From Octopus vulgaris (lineage: Eukaryota): DNA of 64,000 nucleotides. A program made the position numbers and the translations under genes. The notes under the pieces are model-generated. The model was not told the DNA's origin and searched no databases. It was given only the letters and a program-made list of their open reading frames with translations. The DNA lies in contig OX597829.1 of NCBI GenBank assembly GCA_951406725.2, positions 23,994,001-24,058,000 of the forward strand, written 5' to 3'. Each line of letters opens with the position of its first letter. Within the stretch, counting starts at the first letter, position 1. Of the stretch, positions 40,738 through 54,648 are shown one piece after another.

Positions 40738-40876
<139 letters not shown>

Positions 40877-41445
40877 GCTGGAATTTGAGAAGTACAGGGT
40901 TCAATTTTCAGTAAAAGCCTGGTAGACACTTATTTTTTTTCCATCTTGTTAAGTTATTTACCTGATCTTTTTGACTTGCTTTCAGGGCCATCTTGTGTTC
41001 AAGAATTCTTTTATTTTCTTTAGAATTCCAACTCACTTAGTGCATCTGTTTGTTAACAAGATGACCTCTCTCTCTCACACACACACACACACACATATCA
41101 TCATCATCATCATCATCATCATCGTTTAGCGTCCGTTTTCCATGCTAGCATGGGTTGGACGGTTCAACTGGGGTCTGGCAAGCCCAAAGGCTGCACCAGG
41201 CCAGTCAGATCTGGCAGTGTTTCTACAGCTGGATGCCCTTCCTAATGCCAACCACTCCGAGAGTGTAGTGGGTGATTTTATGTGCCACCAACACAGGTGC
41301 CAGACGAGGCTGGCAGACGGCCACGCTCGGATGGTGCTTGTTACGTACCCTCAGCACGGAGGCCAGTCGATGCGGTACTGGCTACGGTCACGTTCGGATG
41401 GATTTCTTATGTGCCACCGGCACTGGTACCACAAGGATACAAATT

Positions 41446-41490
<45 letters not shown>

Positions 41491-42639
41491 CACACACATG
41501 CATCATCTTAATTAATATCCATTTTCAATGGCTTGATGGTCTGATAGAGTTCAACAAACCAGAGGACTGCATTGAGCTCCATAGTCTGTTTTCATATGGG
41601 TTCTACAACTGAATGCCCCTCCTAATGCCAGCCACTTTACAGTGTATACTGAGTCCCTTTTTTTTTTCATGACACCAGCACAAGTGAAGTCACTATGTAG
41701 CCCAGAAGACGAAGAAAAGAGCTTCCAACTGAGTGAAGTTTTAGTAGAGAGGGAGGTAGCATTATACCAAATGTTGAGAGGTATGAGGTGTGATAGAGGT
41801 ACAGGCATAGGTGTCATATTATAGAAGAGAAACATGTATTATATAAAAAAGTATATGGTAGTAGAAAACTGTGATGGTGGTGATGAGGTGTCAAAGAATG
41901 CTCTCGAGATACAAGGTAAAGTATAAGAGTGATATGACCTGAGTATGGGAAGGTGAGGGTGAATAAGTTCATTAGTGTTCAAAAGGAGAGTGACAGATAG
42001 TTGGCAGTAGAGGTAAATGTAGTGAGTGGAACATGGATGGAGTGTGATTAATGGTAAATATCAGTCTGAGAGGAGGAAGGTTAGAGAATAGGAGTGACTT
42101 AGGAAGAAGAAGGTGTTAAGTGGCGGTTACAGAAATTGAGGAGAGTAGCAATATATAAAACTGCAGGTAGATCAGGAGAAAAATTATGTGCTGGGTAGAA
42201 AAGTGGAGTGTGTGAGGGATGTACAGTGACAGAAGAATATTAGAAGTATGTAGGGGTGGCTATAGTGAGTGTCGGACAAAGGTTTGGGTGCAGACCCACT
42301 GACAGCAGATATGTGAGGCTGATGAGAATGATAGTAGATAAGAGGAGGTGTTGAAGATGAGATATGGCAGTTCAAAGTTATTGCTTAGAAGAGACGGAAA
42401 GATAACTGGAAGCAAAGAAAGGGGCAGCTGGTAAAGTGGGGATGATACTGATGTTGAGGAATGGATGTCGAGAGAAGAGAAAGTAACTGGGAGCACAAAG
42501 GGAGATAAATGTATATTTCTGCGTGTATGACTGAAGCAGCTGAGAGACGTAGTTATATGAGTGGAAGGATGAATGGTAAGAATGAGAGAGGAACAGATTG
42601 GGTACAGATTCAGGATCCAGTGAATGAACAAGCATAAAC

Positions 42640-43910
42640 ATAATGCTTTCAGGCCTTTAATCATCTCAATCTTTTATCATCTCTATAAGGCTCAACTTCC
42701 AGGAATCATTCTTTATTACTTCGTCCCATGTCTTTCTAAGTTTGCTTCTCCCCCAAGCTTCATTTACATTTAATGATCAGTAGTTTTTTTATGTAGCTAT
42801 CCTCCTCCAAATGCATCACATGACCATATTGGCACAGTTTTCTCTCTTACACATTTCAAATGATTCCATTTATGTTCAGTTTTTCTCTCAACACATTCGT
42901 GCTCTGTTGTACATGCATACTGACGTTGCCCGTCCAATGGAGTATACTAGCTTCATTCTTTCTAGCTTTTGTATGTCCTCTGCATTCACTGCCCACCTCT
43001 CACAATCAAGAATTGTTGCTGTTCATACACAAGGATCATATAATCTGCATTTCACTCTGAGAGAGAGAGAGAGAGAGAGATTTTTTACAGAGGTAATAGC
43101 TCTTTAGACTTTATCCAACCATTTCTTATTCTGGTGATTATGCTTTCAGAACATCCTCCTCCATTGCTAATTAGGTCAACTAGGTAACAGAAACTATCAA
43201 CTACAGCCAAAGATCATTTTGGATATTCAAGAAAATCTATTTCTCATGTGTTATTCGTGTTTATTATTCCTGCATATCTGCCACACATGCAATTACTACT
43301 TTGTTAACATTTCTGTGATTCTAGAATTTCTACCTACACCTCTTCTACATATAGAACCAGACCATTTTCATGAAGAGATTAGTGTACTGTTTGTTTTCCT
43401 GCTTACTAGGACTTTAATAGTTTTTTTTAACTTAATGTTAAGGCCCCTTAATTCCAGGTTTTGCTTCCACACCAAAATTTTTTTTTTTAATTCTACCACA
43501 TATTCCACTTGGTAGTTCCTAAGAGCAACCAATCTTAAATTTCCCTGTTATGACCTGGAGGGCTTTATTGAATGGGAGGGGATTGAGAACTGTGACCTAA
43601 TTAACTCCTATCTCTACACTAAATTCATCGTTGTACTCATTGCTAACTCTTGGCTTACAGACAGCACCCCTCTACATGGATTAAATGGCTCTCACCAGCC
43701 ATTCATCTACATCTACTAGCTTCCTTAGAGACCACTAAATGAAAAAACAAGGGACCCTGTCGAAGGTTTTCTTCAGGTCAACTAATGCCAAGTACAATTA
43801 ATTACTTTTAGCTAAATATTTCTCTTGCAGTTTTAGTAGAAAGAAGGCATCTCCCTGGCACAAAACCACACTGCATCTCGTCTAGGTTAACACTCTTTCG
43901 AATTAATTCA
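42640..43910 (-). mobile_element. Decayed RTE-clade LINE RT region
   Basis: Minus strand YLALVDLKKTFDRVP (about 43755-43796) and downstream RTE-like remnants; many stops. Confidence 0.6.
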
Positions 43911-44407
43911 CACACACACATACATGCATGTAGGCACAGTACAATCTAAATGCTTCAGGATTTAGTCCTGCTGCTTGGCATCTTGGATAGATGTCATGTT
44001 CTAGAAGTTTTGGTTGATTTTATGCATTGTGAGTGAAATTAGTTAAGCAGAACTTGTGCAGAGACCCATCAGATAGATTTTTTTTTTTTTTTTTTTGGTC
44101 AGTCAAAATGTGACACAGTGTCATACTGATTCTGCCTTAGAACTACATTCTGAGTACACATATCTGGAATACTCAGCCAATTAAACAATAATTCAATGAA
44201 CAGAAAATTTTGTGAGTGGGTTTATATCTATACAAGTTCTCTCTCTCTCTCTCTCTCTCTCTCATATTTATATATATATATATATTCATATGACAGCAAG
44301 CAATCTGCAAAACTTCAAACTCACTGTTAACTTTCTCTTTGTAAAAATCAAAAAATATGTACTCTACTAAAAAGTACTGAGTAATATTTCTGTTTAATAT
44401 TAAATTG

Positions 44408-44438
<31 letters not shown>

Positions 44439-45334
44439 CATCATCATAATCATTTAACGTCCGTTTTCCATGCTAGTTGGACAATTTGACTGACATCTGG
44501 TGAACCAGATGGCTGCACCAGACTCCAACCTAGTCTGGCAAGATTTCTACAGTTGGATGCCATTCCTAATGCCAACCACTCCGAGAGTGTAATGGGTGCT
44601 TTTATGTGCCACCGGCACAAGGGCCGGTCAGGCAGTACTGGCAACGGCCATGCTCAAATGGTGCCTTTTATGTGCCACCTGCACAGGAGGAATAAAAATA
44701 GACCTGGTGTGTTTTAAATATGTTTTTAAGCCAAGACAATGTGAGTTATAAAAATTAATAGCACAGTTCAATGGTATGTACTTTTACCTGATACGTCTAT
44801 GTTTCGGGGTTAACACCCCTTTTTCAGGAAATCTTTAGAAGAAGGTGTTATTAATTTTATAACTTGCATTGTTTTGGCTTAAAAACATATCAAACATATC
44901 TTGCAAACTATACACCTTTATTATATATATATAATCTGCATTCATAACAACTCAAGTTACTAACTGCAGGCTATAAAGAAATATTTGTGGTGGATAATTG
45001 ATCTTCTATATGGGAAAACCTCACAACCCTCACCAACAAATTATTATTGTTCCTGAATGTTGTTACTACAGACTGCTCAAAGCTTACAAATTTCCTACAC
45101 TTAGATCCTCACATTTTACAATTACATATTAATATGTATGTATGCATGCATTATCATCATTATTTAATGTTCATTTTCCATGATAGATTTAATTGAGGCA
45201 CATGTTTTTCTGGTTGGATGCTCTTCTGTCATCACCTATTTCCAAGTAAGGTAATATTTTTCACATTGCTAGACATTTTCTTCATGGAAGACTGCAAATG
45301 AACAACCTTGCGTATATGACCATCTTGTAATGGT

Positions 45335-46020
45335 CGCTATACACACGCTATACACACGCCAAGAGTGTCGCCTAAACATCTTTCACCTGCGCTGCCTCCG
45401 AAAAATCCTCCACATCAAATGGCAGAATCATATCCCCAACAAAGATGTCCTCAGGCAAGCAGGAATACCAAGCATGTTTGCACTCCTCACACAAAGACGT
45501 ATGAGATGGCTTGGGCATGTTAGCCGTATGAAAGATGGCAGAATCCCCAAGGACATACTCTACGGAGAGCTTGCTAGGGGTACTAGGTCTGTGGGTAGAC
45601 CGATCTTACGTTACAAGGATGTTTGCAAAAGGGATATGAAGGCCTGCAACATCAACATTAGCGGTTGGGAGGCAGTCGCCGGCAACCGTGGAGAATGGCG
45701 ACGTACAGTAAAAGAGGGTATACAAAGGAGTGACAGAAAGAGAGAGGAGAAATGGAAAGAAAGGAAGTGACATAAACAAGAGACCATGGCACTACAACCA
45801 GCCAGGAACAGTCTTCGCTACATTTGCAGTACCTGCCAGAGGGAGTGTTTGTCCAGGATAGGACTACACAGCCACAGCAAGAAATGTATCAGGAAATAAA
45901 ATATAACAGCCGGACTAGACCTAGAAAAAAAAAAAAAAAAAAAAGCGCAACTCCATTGTCTCCCGAGACAGAAAGGATGCCAATACAATACAATACAATA
46001 CAATACAATACAATACAATG
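45335..46020 (+). mobile_element. RTE-clade LINE 3' end with (CAATA)n tail
   Basis: ORF FHLRCLRKILHIKWQ...RRMRWLGHVSRMKDGRIPKDILYGEL...GRPILRYKDVCKRDMK, then a C2H2-like C-terminus and caatacaatacaata. Confidence 0.9.
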
Positions 46021-46179
46021 TCTAGACAAGGGCAAACACACATTGGGCTTCTCTCAGTTTCTGCCTGCCAAATCCACTCACAAGGCTTTGGTTGGCCTTG
46101 TACTATAGTAAAAGACTCTTGCTCAAGGTGCCATGCAGTGGGATTGAACCCAAGACCACTTGATTTAGAAACTTCTTAA

Positions 46180-46401
46180 CCCTTTTGATACCAACCCGCC
46201 TGAAACCGCCTCTGGCTCTGTAGTACAAATGTCTTGTTTTCAAAAGTTCTGAATTAAAATCTTCCACCAAACCTTAGTCACAATTTATGTTCCTAACTCC
46301 AGCTTAAAGATAAACTAAATTATTTTACTAATTTTTTGTTATATTTAAAATTAATTGAAAGAAACACAGAATATCTCAACAGAAATATGGTAACAAAAGG
46401 G
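46180..46401 (+). mobile_element. piggyBac-type MITE, copy 4, nested in a SINE
   Basis: TTAA|CCCTTTTGATACC...GTAACAAAAGGG|TTAA. Confidence 0.85.
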
Positions 46402-47168
46402 TTAAGCACCACATAGTTGTTTTCAAGCATAAAAAATTCATGAATTTTGCAACATCATTGTAAAGTAAAAAATAAAAATCAGTAGTTGACGGGTATTGCA
46501 ATTTCTCTTATTTCCTCTCCTCTCCTTATCTATTTCTATAATTATGAATGTAGGTTCCTGAAGACAAAATGCTAATAAACTACTGCTATAATTTCAGTCA
46601 CCATTTGTTCCCTGTTTCCACAGTTACATTGATTGATTCACAACCTTAAATGAGAATCCTAATCTCTTCACACTCAACCTTTCCTCATCCATCATATAAT
46701 AATGACCAGCTGACGAGGTTCTGAATCATTGCTTCGTCATAGTCATTTTTTTTTTTTTGTTTTGTTTTTTTAAACATTAATTCAGTAAATAAAGATGCCT
46801 ATGTATGCTGTAAGGGAAAGCTAATTCTGCAAGAACACTTCAAGTTGCTGTTATGACTCATCTCCTCATCATAGCTATTGCATTTCTGGCTCTGGTTGTA
46901 TTTTAATATTTCTGCAATCCTGACAGAAATATGCCAGATCAGTTTGTTTAGTATTACTCTTTCACTTGTTTCAGTCATTTGACTGTGGCCATGCTGGAGC
47001 ACTGCTTTCAGTTGAGCAAATCAACCCCAGGACTTATTCTTTGTAAGCCTAGTACTCATTCTGTCGGTCTCTTTTGCCAAACCGCTAAGTTACGGGGATG
47101 TAAACACACCAGCATTGGTTGTCAAGCAATGTTGGAGGGGAACAAACGCAGACACACAAACATATACG

Positions 47169-47235
<67 letters not shown>

Positions 47236-47250
47236 ATATATATATGTATG

Positions 47251-47316
<66 letters not shown>

Positions 47317-48617
47317 TACATACATATATACGACAGGCTTCTCTCAGTTTCCATCTACCAAATCTACTCACAAGGCTTTTGTCGGCCCGAGGCTATAGTA
47401 GAAGACACTGCCCAAGGTACCATGCAGTGGGACTGAACCCGGAACCATGTGGTTCGTAAGCAAGCTACTTACCACACAGCCACTCCTATGCCTATTGTTT
47501 ACAATTTTTTATAATATTTTTAGTTCTAACTCTTCAATATATATAAAATGGTATTAAATTTATATATGTAGATATATATGTATAGTTGTATAAATAAAGT
47601 GATATATAGTTAAATAACTATAGTTTTATATACATATATTATTGATTGCACATAGATAATGTATTTTGTTTAAATGCCCTTTTTCTGTGGGATAGCATCC
47701 TGGGAAAGCTCCCTACACAATGCCAAGTGTTAAAGTACACCAAATGTCCTAGACCAGATGAGACAACTTACCCCAAAGTGATCAAGAATAGTAGATTCTG
47801 ATTGTGACTTATCAATACCATGTACCATCATGACTTATCAATACCATCACCTTGAAATTAAATAAATTGCTGGTTCAGGACTTATATATATATACAAATA
47901 GAATGAAGTTTATTTGCTGATGTGCTGTGGCTTATAAACATTGTTTTGTAGTTTTAGTGAGCCTTGAAAATTTTAGTTGTCGCTGTTGTTTATCTCAGGC
48001 CAGCCCCAACCGAGCAAACTTATAACCAAAAGCATTCTTGTCTCGACCATCCTATCAAGAATTGCACTTCCTTTTTCTTAACATAAATATATGTATTTGG
48101 AGAAGATCTGGCTGCTAAATGACCATAGAGGGGCATCCTTGTTGATGTAGGAAGTGTTTAGTAATTTCTTTAGTTATGAAACAGTAATTATAAAATGTTT
48201 ATGACATTACTTACGATATAATGTAACAATTACAGTGTGTTATGACATTACTTATGATACAACCTAGCTATTATACAAGCGTTATGACTTCAACTATGCT
48301 GTTGTTGTACATATTTAGGAGTGGTGGTGTTTTGTAGAGATATCTTTGCTTTGCTATCATTGAGTAAGACTAAATTAAGTCTCCACTCTACTTTACAATA
48401 TATTGATATTGTTGAGTAAGACTAAGTTGTCATGTTTCCACTCCATTTCACAAGATATCCAGGATGTCTGCTTCTGAAAGAGGTACTGAACAGATCAGAA
48501 TTATTAAAGATTACACATGCAGTGAATTTCAATTCTATTTATTATTGTTTTGTTGTTCATTCAATATGAAAATATTGATAATTTCCATATATCTAATAAT
48601 GCCGTTTTGTATTTCAG

Positions 48618-48705
48618 CCCACATCAAAGAGCATGAATACCAAAAACCCCTCCACATGGACAAATGACAAAAATGTAATAAACAAATCCCTCACCATACA
48701 GAGCA
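48618..48705 (+). CDS. Coding exon of the same gene, PTSKSMNTKNPSTWTNDKNVINKSLTIQS
   Basis: Acceptor ttttgtatttcAG, donor A|GTAAGT. 88 nt, phase 0 to phase 1, which exactly bridges the neighbouring exons. This frame is not in the supplied ORF track. Confidence 0.78.
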
Positions 48706-49477
48706 GTAAGTAAAAAGAAAATCATTTGTTATTCTTTGGGAATATTTTTCTCCATTCTTTGGCGGAATAATTAATCAATACTCTAGGATATTTTAAATTA
48801 CATTTCTTCTCCTCCACACGATTTTACTTTAAAACACACCCTCACATACAAATGCATAAGGCTTGCTGTTGCTAATACTTCAATTTTTGCAAAGATAATA
48901 ATAATTATTAATAATAATTTCAATTTGTTTTTCAAATAACCATCTACTTATAGCTTTAGTTTCTAAAAGACTATTTCAATAGCATTAGGTTAATAAACCA
49001 ATTATTAACTATTATCTTGATAATTAATTTTAAATGAATGCTAATATTTAAAATTTAAAATTTATATAAATGCATTTTGTATTTTATTCATTAACTAATT
49101 TTGACTAACAGAATAGGACACACTTGTGTGTATGTATATGCATGTATATATGCATGCATATATATATATATGCATATATGTATGCATATATATCTAATAT
49201 ATATATATATATACATGTATATATATGTATATGCATATATATGTATATGCATATATATGTGTATGTATGCATATATATGTATATATGTATATGCATATAT
49301 ATGTATATGTATATGCATATATATATGTATATATGTGTATTCATGTATATATATGTATGCATGCATGTATATATGTTTGTATGCATGCATGTATATATAT
49401 ATATATGCATGCATGAATATATGTATGCATGCATGTATATATGTATGTATGCATATATGTATGTACGCATATATGTA

Positions 49478-49508
<31 letters not shown>

Positions 49509-49769
49509 GGTTCAAATTTATAGAAAAAACAGAAGACAATGACAGGTGTAGGAACAACAAGTAAGAGTATTAGTTTGATGCTCGGGAAAAATGGAAGAGG
49601 CATTTACGTCTCAAGCCTACACTCTAACAGAAAGGAATGAGAGGAAATAATGGAGAGGGAATGAAAAATGCATGTAGAGTTTGAAAGTCCAACATGGTAA
49701 AAGGCTGGGGGCGGGGAAGAGGTTGAATGAAAGGGAGATAATAATGGTGGTGATCCCAACAAGCTAAGG

Positions 49770-49924
49770 TGTGCAAGTGAGTCTGACATGTGTGTGTGTT
49801 GGGTGTAGCAGTTGTATGCTTTTTCGGGTGCTGTGTGCACATGTGTGTGTGTGTGTGTCTCTCTGACCCAATAATGTGTATAGTGTATGTATGTGAGCAA
49901 AAGTTATCTTTGCCTCTGTGTGTA

Positions 49925-49974
<50 letters not shown>

Positions 49975-50123
49975 GAGGCAAAGATAACTTTTGCTCACAT
50001 ACATACACTATACACATTATTGGGTCAGAGAGACACACACACACACACACATGTGCACACAGCACCCGAAAAAGCATACAACTGCTACACCCAACACACA
50101 CACATGTCAGACTCACTTGCACA
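49770..50123. repeat. 354-bp near-perfect palindrome centred on (TA)n
   Basis: tgtgcaagtgagtctgacatg...ctttgcctctgtg / cacagaggcaaag...catgtcagactcacttgcaca. Confidence 0.92.
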
Positions 50124-50495
50124 GTATATATATATACTCTTGTTTCAGTCATTTGACTGTGGCTATGCTGGAGCACCGCCTTTAGTCAAACAAATCAATC
50201 CCAGGACTTATTCTATCAGTCTCTTCTGCCAAACCACTAAGTTACAGGGACGTAAACACACCAGCATCAGTTGTCAAGTGATGTTGGGGGGACAAACAAA
50301 GATACACAAACATACATATATACATATATATACGATGTGCTTCTTTCAGTTTCCATTTACCAAGTCCAGTCACAAGATTTTGGTCGACCTGAGGCTATAG
50401 TAGAAGACACTTGCCCAAAGGTGCCATGCAGTGGGGCTGAACAAAAAAACCATGTGGTCGGTAAGCAAGCTACTTACCACACAGCCACACCTGCG

Positions 50496-50542
<47 letters not shown>

Positions 50543-51815
50543 CACATTTCTAGCATGTGGTATTCTGATACCCTACTTAATTTATTTGCATATTTTACCT
50601 AAATAGGTTTAGGCTTGCTGGCCACTTTATCAATAATGGTAATAATACCTTATTTAATTTTATAAACGTATATATATATGTATGTATGTATATATTTATA
50701 GGAACTTAACTATACAGCCAGTCCTAGAGTGACCATTGGTTTTGCATCTATAAAGTCTGATGAGCCTTATAGACAGCTCATCAGACTCAGACTCCAATGA
50801 CTATAGATGTTATGTTTATATATGTATATATATGTTTATGTATGTGTGTGTGTTTATATATATGTGTGTGTGTGTTAGTGTATACAGTATTATAGATACA
50901 TTTCAGTTGATCTTATCAATTGGCTTCATACTGGATATTAAACAACTGACTCTTATCATATAACAGCACAGTTAAATAATACTACGCATCTCTGAAGAGT
51001 ATATGGTATTATTCAACTGAATTATAATTATCTGATTATTTAATACCCAGTGTGAAACTCATTGGTAATATTAACTTAAATGGATCTAATACAGTTAAAA
51101 TCAGCATGTGGCCTTAAGAAGCCACAAGGGAAAGTAGATTTGGTATTCAGACCAAAATACAGATTCTTTTAGTTTTTAGTTTTATTCAAAACAACAGCAG
51201 CAGCAACAACAACAACAATCAAATAATTAATGCATTTGCTTGTCTAATTTAACAATATGTGCCTGTTTCTTTGATTAATCTGTTTCATATTTAAAATATT
51301 TAAAACTAATCTTTCACAAAAATAGATTAAGTAAAAATAGAAATGGGTTAACAGAAAAGAATTGTTTTGACAACATAGTAGATTAATATGAGATTATTGT
51401 AACCTGATTCAGTATTGTATACAGTTACCCATCAAAGAAGGGTAAAAGTGGAGATAGAAAGCAGCATTAAGCCGAGTTAAGAAAGATGGTAAAAATAGCC
51501 ACATGTATACAATGTGGCTAAGCAAGATAAAGCATACCCCTAAAAAAAAGAATATAAACATTAAAATAGCGTTAAGAAGGAAATAAGCACATCAATAGGT
51601 CAAGAGTAGTGTTGAAGGATTGCAAGAAACTTTCTCTTTTACTTGTTTCAGTCATTTGACTGTGGCCATGCTGGAGCACTGCCTTTAGTCGAGCAAATCG
51701 CCCCCAGGACTTATTCTTTGTAAGCCTATCAGTCTCTTTTGCCGAACTGGTAAGTTACGGCGACCAGCATCAGTTGTTAAGCAATGTTGGGGGGGACAAA
51801 CACAGATACACAAAC

Positions 51816-51852
<37 letters not shown>

Positions 51853-54609
51853 CACACATATATATATATGTATATATACACACACACATATATATATTTA
51901 CATATATATGACAAGCTTCTTTCAGTTTCCGTCTACCAAATCCACACACAAGGCTTTGGTCAACCCGAGGCTATAGTAGAAGACACCTGCCCAAGTTGCC
52001 ACGCAGTGGGACTGAACCCGGAACCATGTGGTTGGTAAGCAAGCTACTTACCATGTGGAATTTTTGAAGAATACCATTTTCTGATCATTAAGCCTTTAAA
52101 CACCAACCTGCCTAAGATTGCCCCTGGTTCTACAATTGGTAGGAAAGACACTGAATTCAAAGAGGTGAACAAAGATGTTTTGAAATTGTTATTTACTTCT
52201 GCAGCAAGTCTATAAACTAAGAATTGTTGCTGCTTTCATGATAAAGATATTCTGTCTAAAAATGGTAGGTTGGTTGTCCCACATGTAATTCCTAGTTACA
52301 ATCAGCCAAAATTTAATGGCAAGTTGGACCATATTATTATGAACTCTGATTTTGGTCTGAATACCAAATCTACTTTCCCTTGTGGTTTCTTAAGGCCACA
52401 TGATGATTTTAACTTATTGTTGCAAATAATAAATTAGAACACAGTGAGCTGTACCTTTACTTGCAGCAAAGTAGAAAACAGTAGCAAGAATTAAATGCTC
52501 ACAAGCTGAAAAAATATGTAATGTTAGTCTTTTAGCTTGTGTTCTGATAGTTACCAGCTTGGGGTGGCTAACTGTAAACTCTACACTAAGAGAATATTTG
52601 TCTTTAAGGTTCATAAAATTTCCTTAAGATTTATACAGCATTTTTTGTGGCCTCAATAAAATTCACTCAAAGTGCTCTGAAGATCACATATCAGATTCCA
52701 ATAAAAACTCTGTAAAATCTTACAAAGAATTTCTAAATAATTTTTTTTTAATTTGTAGTTCCTTGAAGTCTTTTTTAAAAAATTTATTGTCATATTAAGA
52801 GTACTGTCATGCAAAATATTGGTCCTTTTTATTGAATAAACTTAATTAAAATTGGTTTATGTAACTTATGCTTGGTCATCTAAATTTTATGATGCTCCAG
52901 CATGGTCTTCGTCATAATAGCTTAAATAAAGTAAGGTACAAGACAAGAGGTAGGAATGAAGAATACAAAATCCTTTTTTTTTTCTTTTATTTTTCTCCAA
53001 TTTTAATCATTTTAACTCCATTTCAAGAGATTACATAGTAAATTATTAATGATATTGTCTCAGAATTTAAAAACATATTAATTAATGTGTTAATCAAGAA
53101 AGCTATTTGAAATTAAAGTTGTATAAATATTGATCTTCAGAATTACCATTATCTAAAATATTGATTGAGAGTAAGAAAGTAATCAATTTTTTTAAGTCAC
53201 CACCAGCTTTAATTTAGCACAGGCCACACACATACAATATGCAACATAAAAACCAAAAATGTGTTAACAATCTGGGAATATTTTCCATTTTTGCTGCTTT
53301 TTTTTCTTTTTGGTCTGCTTTACTTTATTCTTTGCTTGCCAATATAACATTACAGATTATGTAATCTAATAAAAATATTTATAGGTTTTTTTTTTATGTT
53401 AATTGTGGGCGTGAGTATGAAATGTGGACATAACTTAAAAGGCCTATCCCTCATAAAACCAACCAATGTTGAATTTCAGACACTCAGCTCTATGGTTTAG
53501 TTACCTCTCTCATGCTCTTTAAACTATCCAAGCACTAATGTTGTATTGTCACATGCGAATTTATCAAGGTGTTCACAGATAAATGTAAATATCTCAATAA
53601 TCAGCTCAATTCTAACAGGTCTGTGGCACAAATACTACCTGGGAATCACTGAAGGTCCCTTAGTGCAGATAACCATCTTGTGAATTCAAATGTAAATATC
53701 TGATAATCAGATATTTATGGGGGTCATTTTATTAGGGGTGCTTAGTAAAACAGTAACAACATTAGATTTCATATTGTAAGAATTTAGTAACTTCAAGAGG
53801 TATAAAAGTAAATCATTAACAGTGGAAGTTATAAATAATGTATAGAATATTGGGCTAAAAAAAACCTTTGGAAGGAAAAAGTCAAAGGCTTTTATTTTTG
53901 GTCTTATTCATTTCAAGGTTCGCCATTAAAAATATTTTAACTGATATTAAATTGATTGTTATGTAATTATTATAGTTTCATTAGCTGGTATTTTTAGTTA
54001 AACAATAACAACAAAACTAATATTAGATTGTTTATGTAATTTATACAACTTGTGTAATTAGGTGGTATTTTTAATGAAATAACAACAAAAATATTAGATT
54101 GTTAAGCTCAAAGAAGATAAGATTATAAAAACTGCATAGATATTAGGTTAAAAAAACCTTTTGGGTAGAAAAAATCAGAGTCTGCCATTGTGATTCAAAC
54201 CTTTAACTTTTTCAACCCAACAAGTTTTTTTTTTCTCTCAATGTTTACATGCTATTATTTATAGCTTTATCTACTTCAAGTTCAGCCTCAAATTTTCTAA
54301 ATTCTTATGACATAAACAGTATTAATTTGTTGTGTAATTAGTTGGTATTTTTAATGAAACAACAGCAACAAAAAAATTAAGGCTATCTAGAAGCAAAAAA
54401 AAAAGTGCTAAATTGTATAAAAACAGCATTGCTATGCAAATATTTATTCAAGTTGCAAGCTTAATCTCAAAAATAGTTTTCTTCATATTGAATCATCAGA
54501 TTTTAATGAAACAATGAATCCATTATCTTTGGGGATCAGATACAATAAAAAATAAAAAAAACATTTCAATGTATTTCAGTTGGGACGGGGTAAAAGCAAA
54601 TGGAAGGTG

Positions 54610-54648
<39 letters not shown>

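Noticed and set aside
46705-46742. CTGACGA motif
   Set aside because: No GAAA or stem III/I pairing downstream, so it is not a hammerhead.
46979-50540. Many long overlapping ORFs ([12 protein letters not shown])
   Set aside because: Translations of (TA)n/(TG)n microsatellites and SINEs, not genes.
53700-54420. Degenerate local repeats (ttggtatttttaatgaaacaac; aaaaaacctttt)
   Set aside because: Old AT-rich tandem decay with no definable unit or function.
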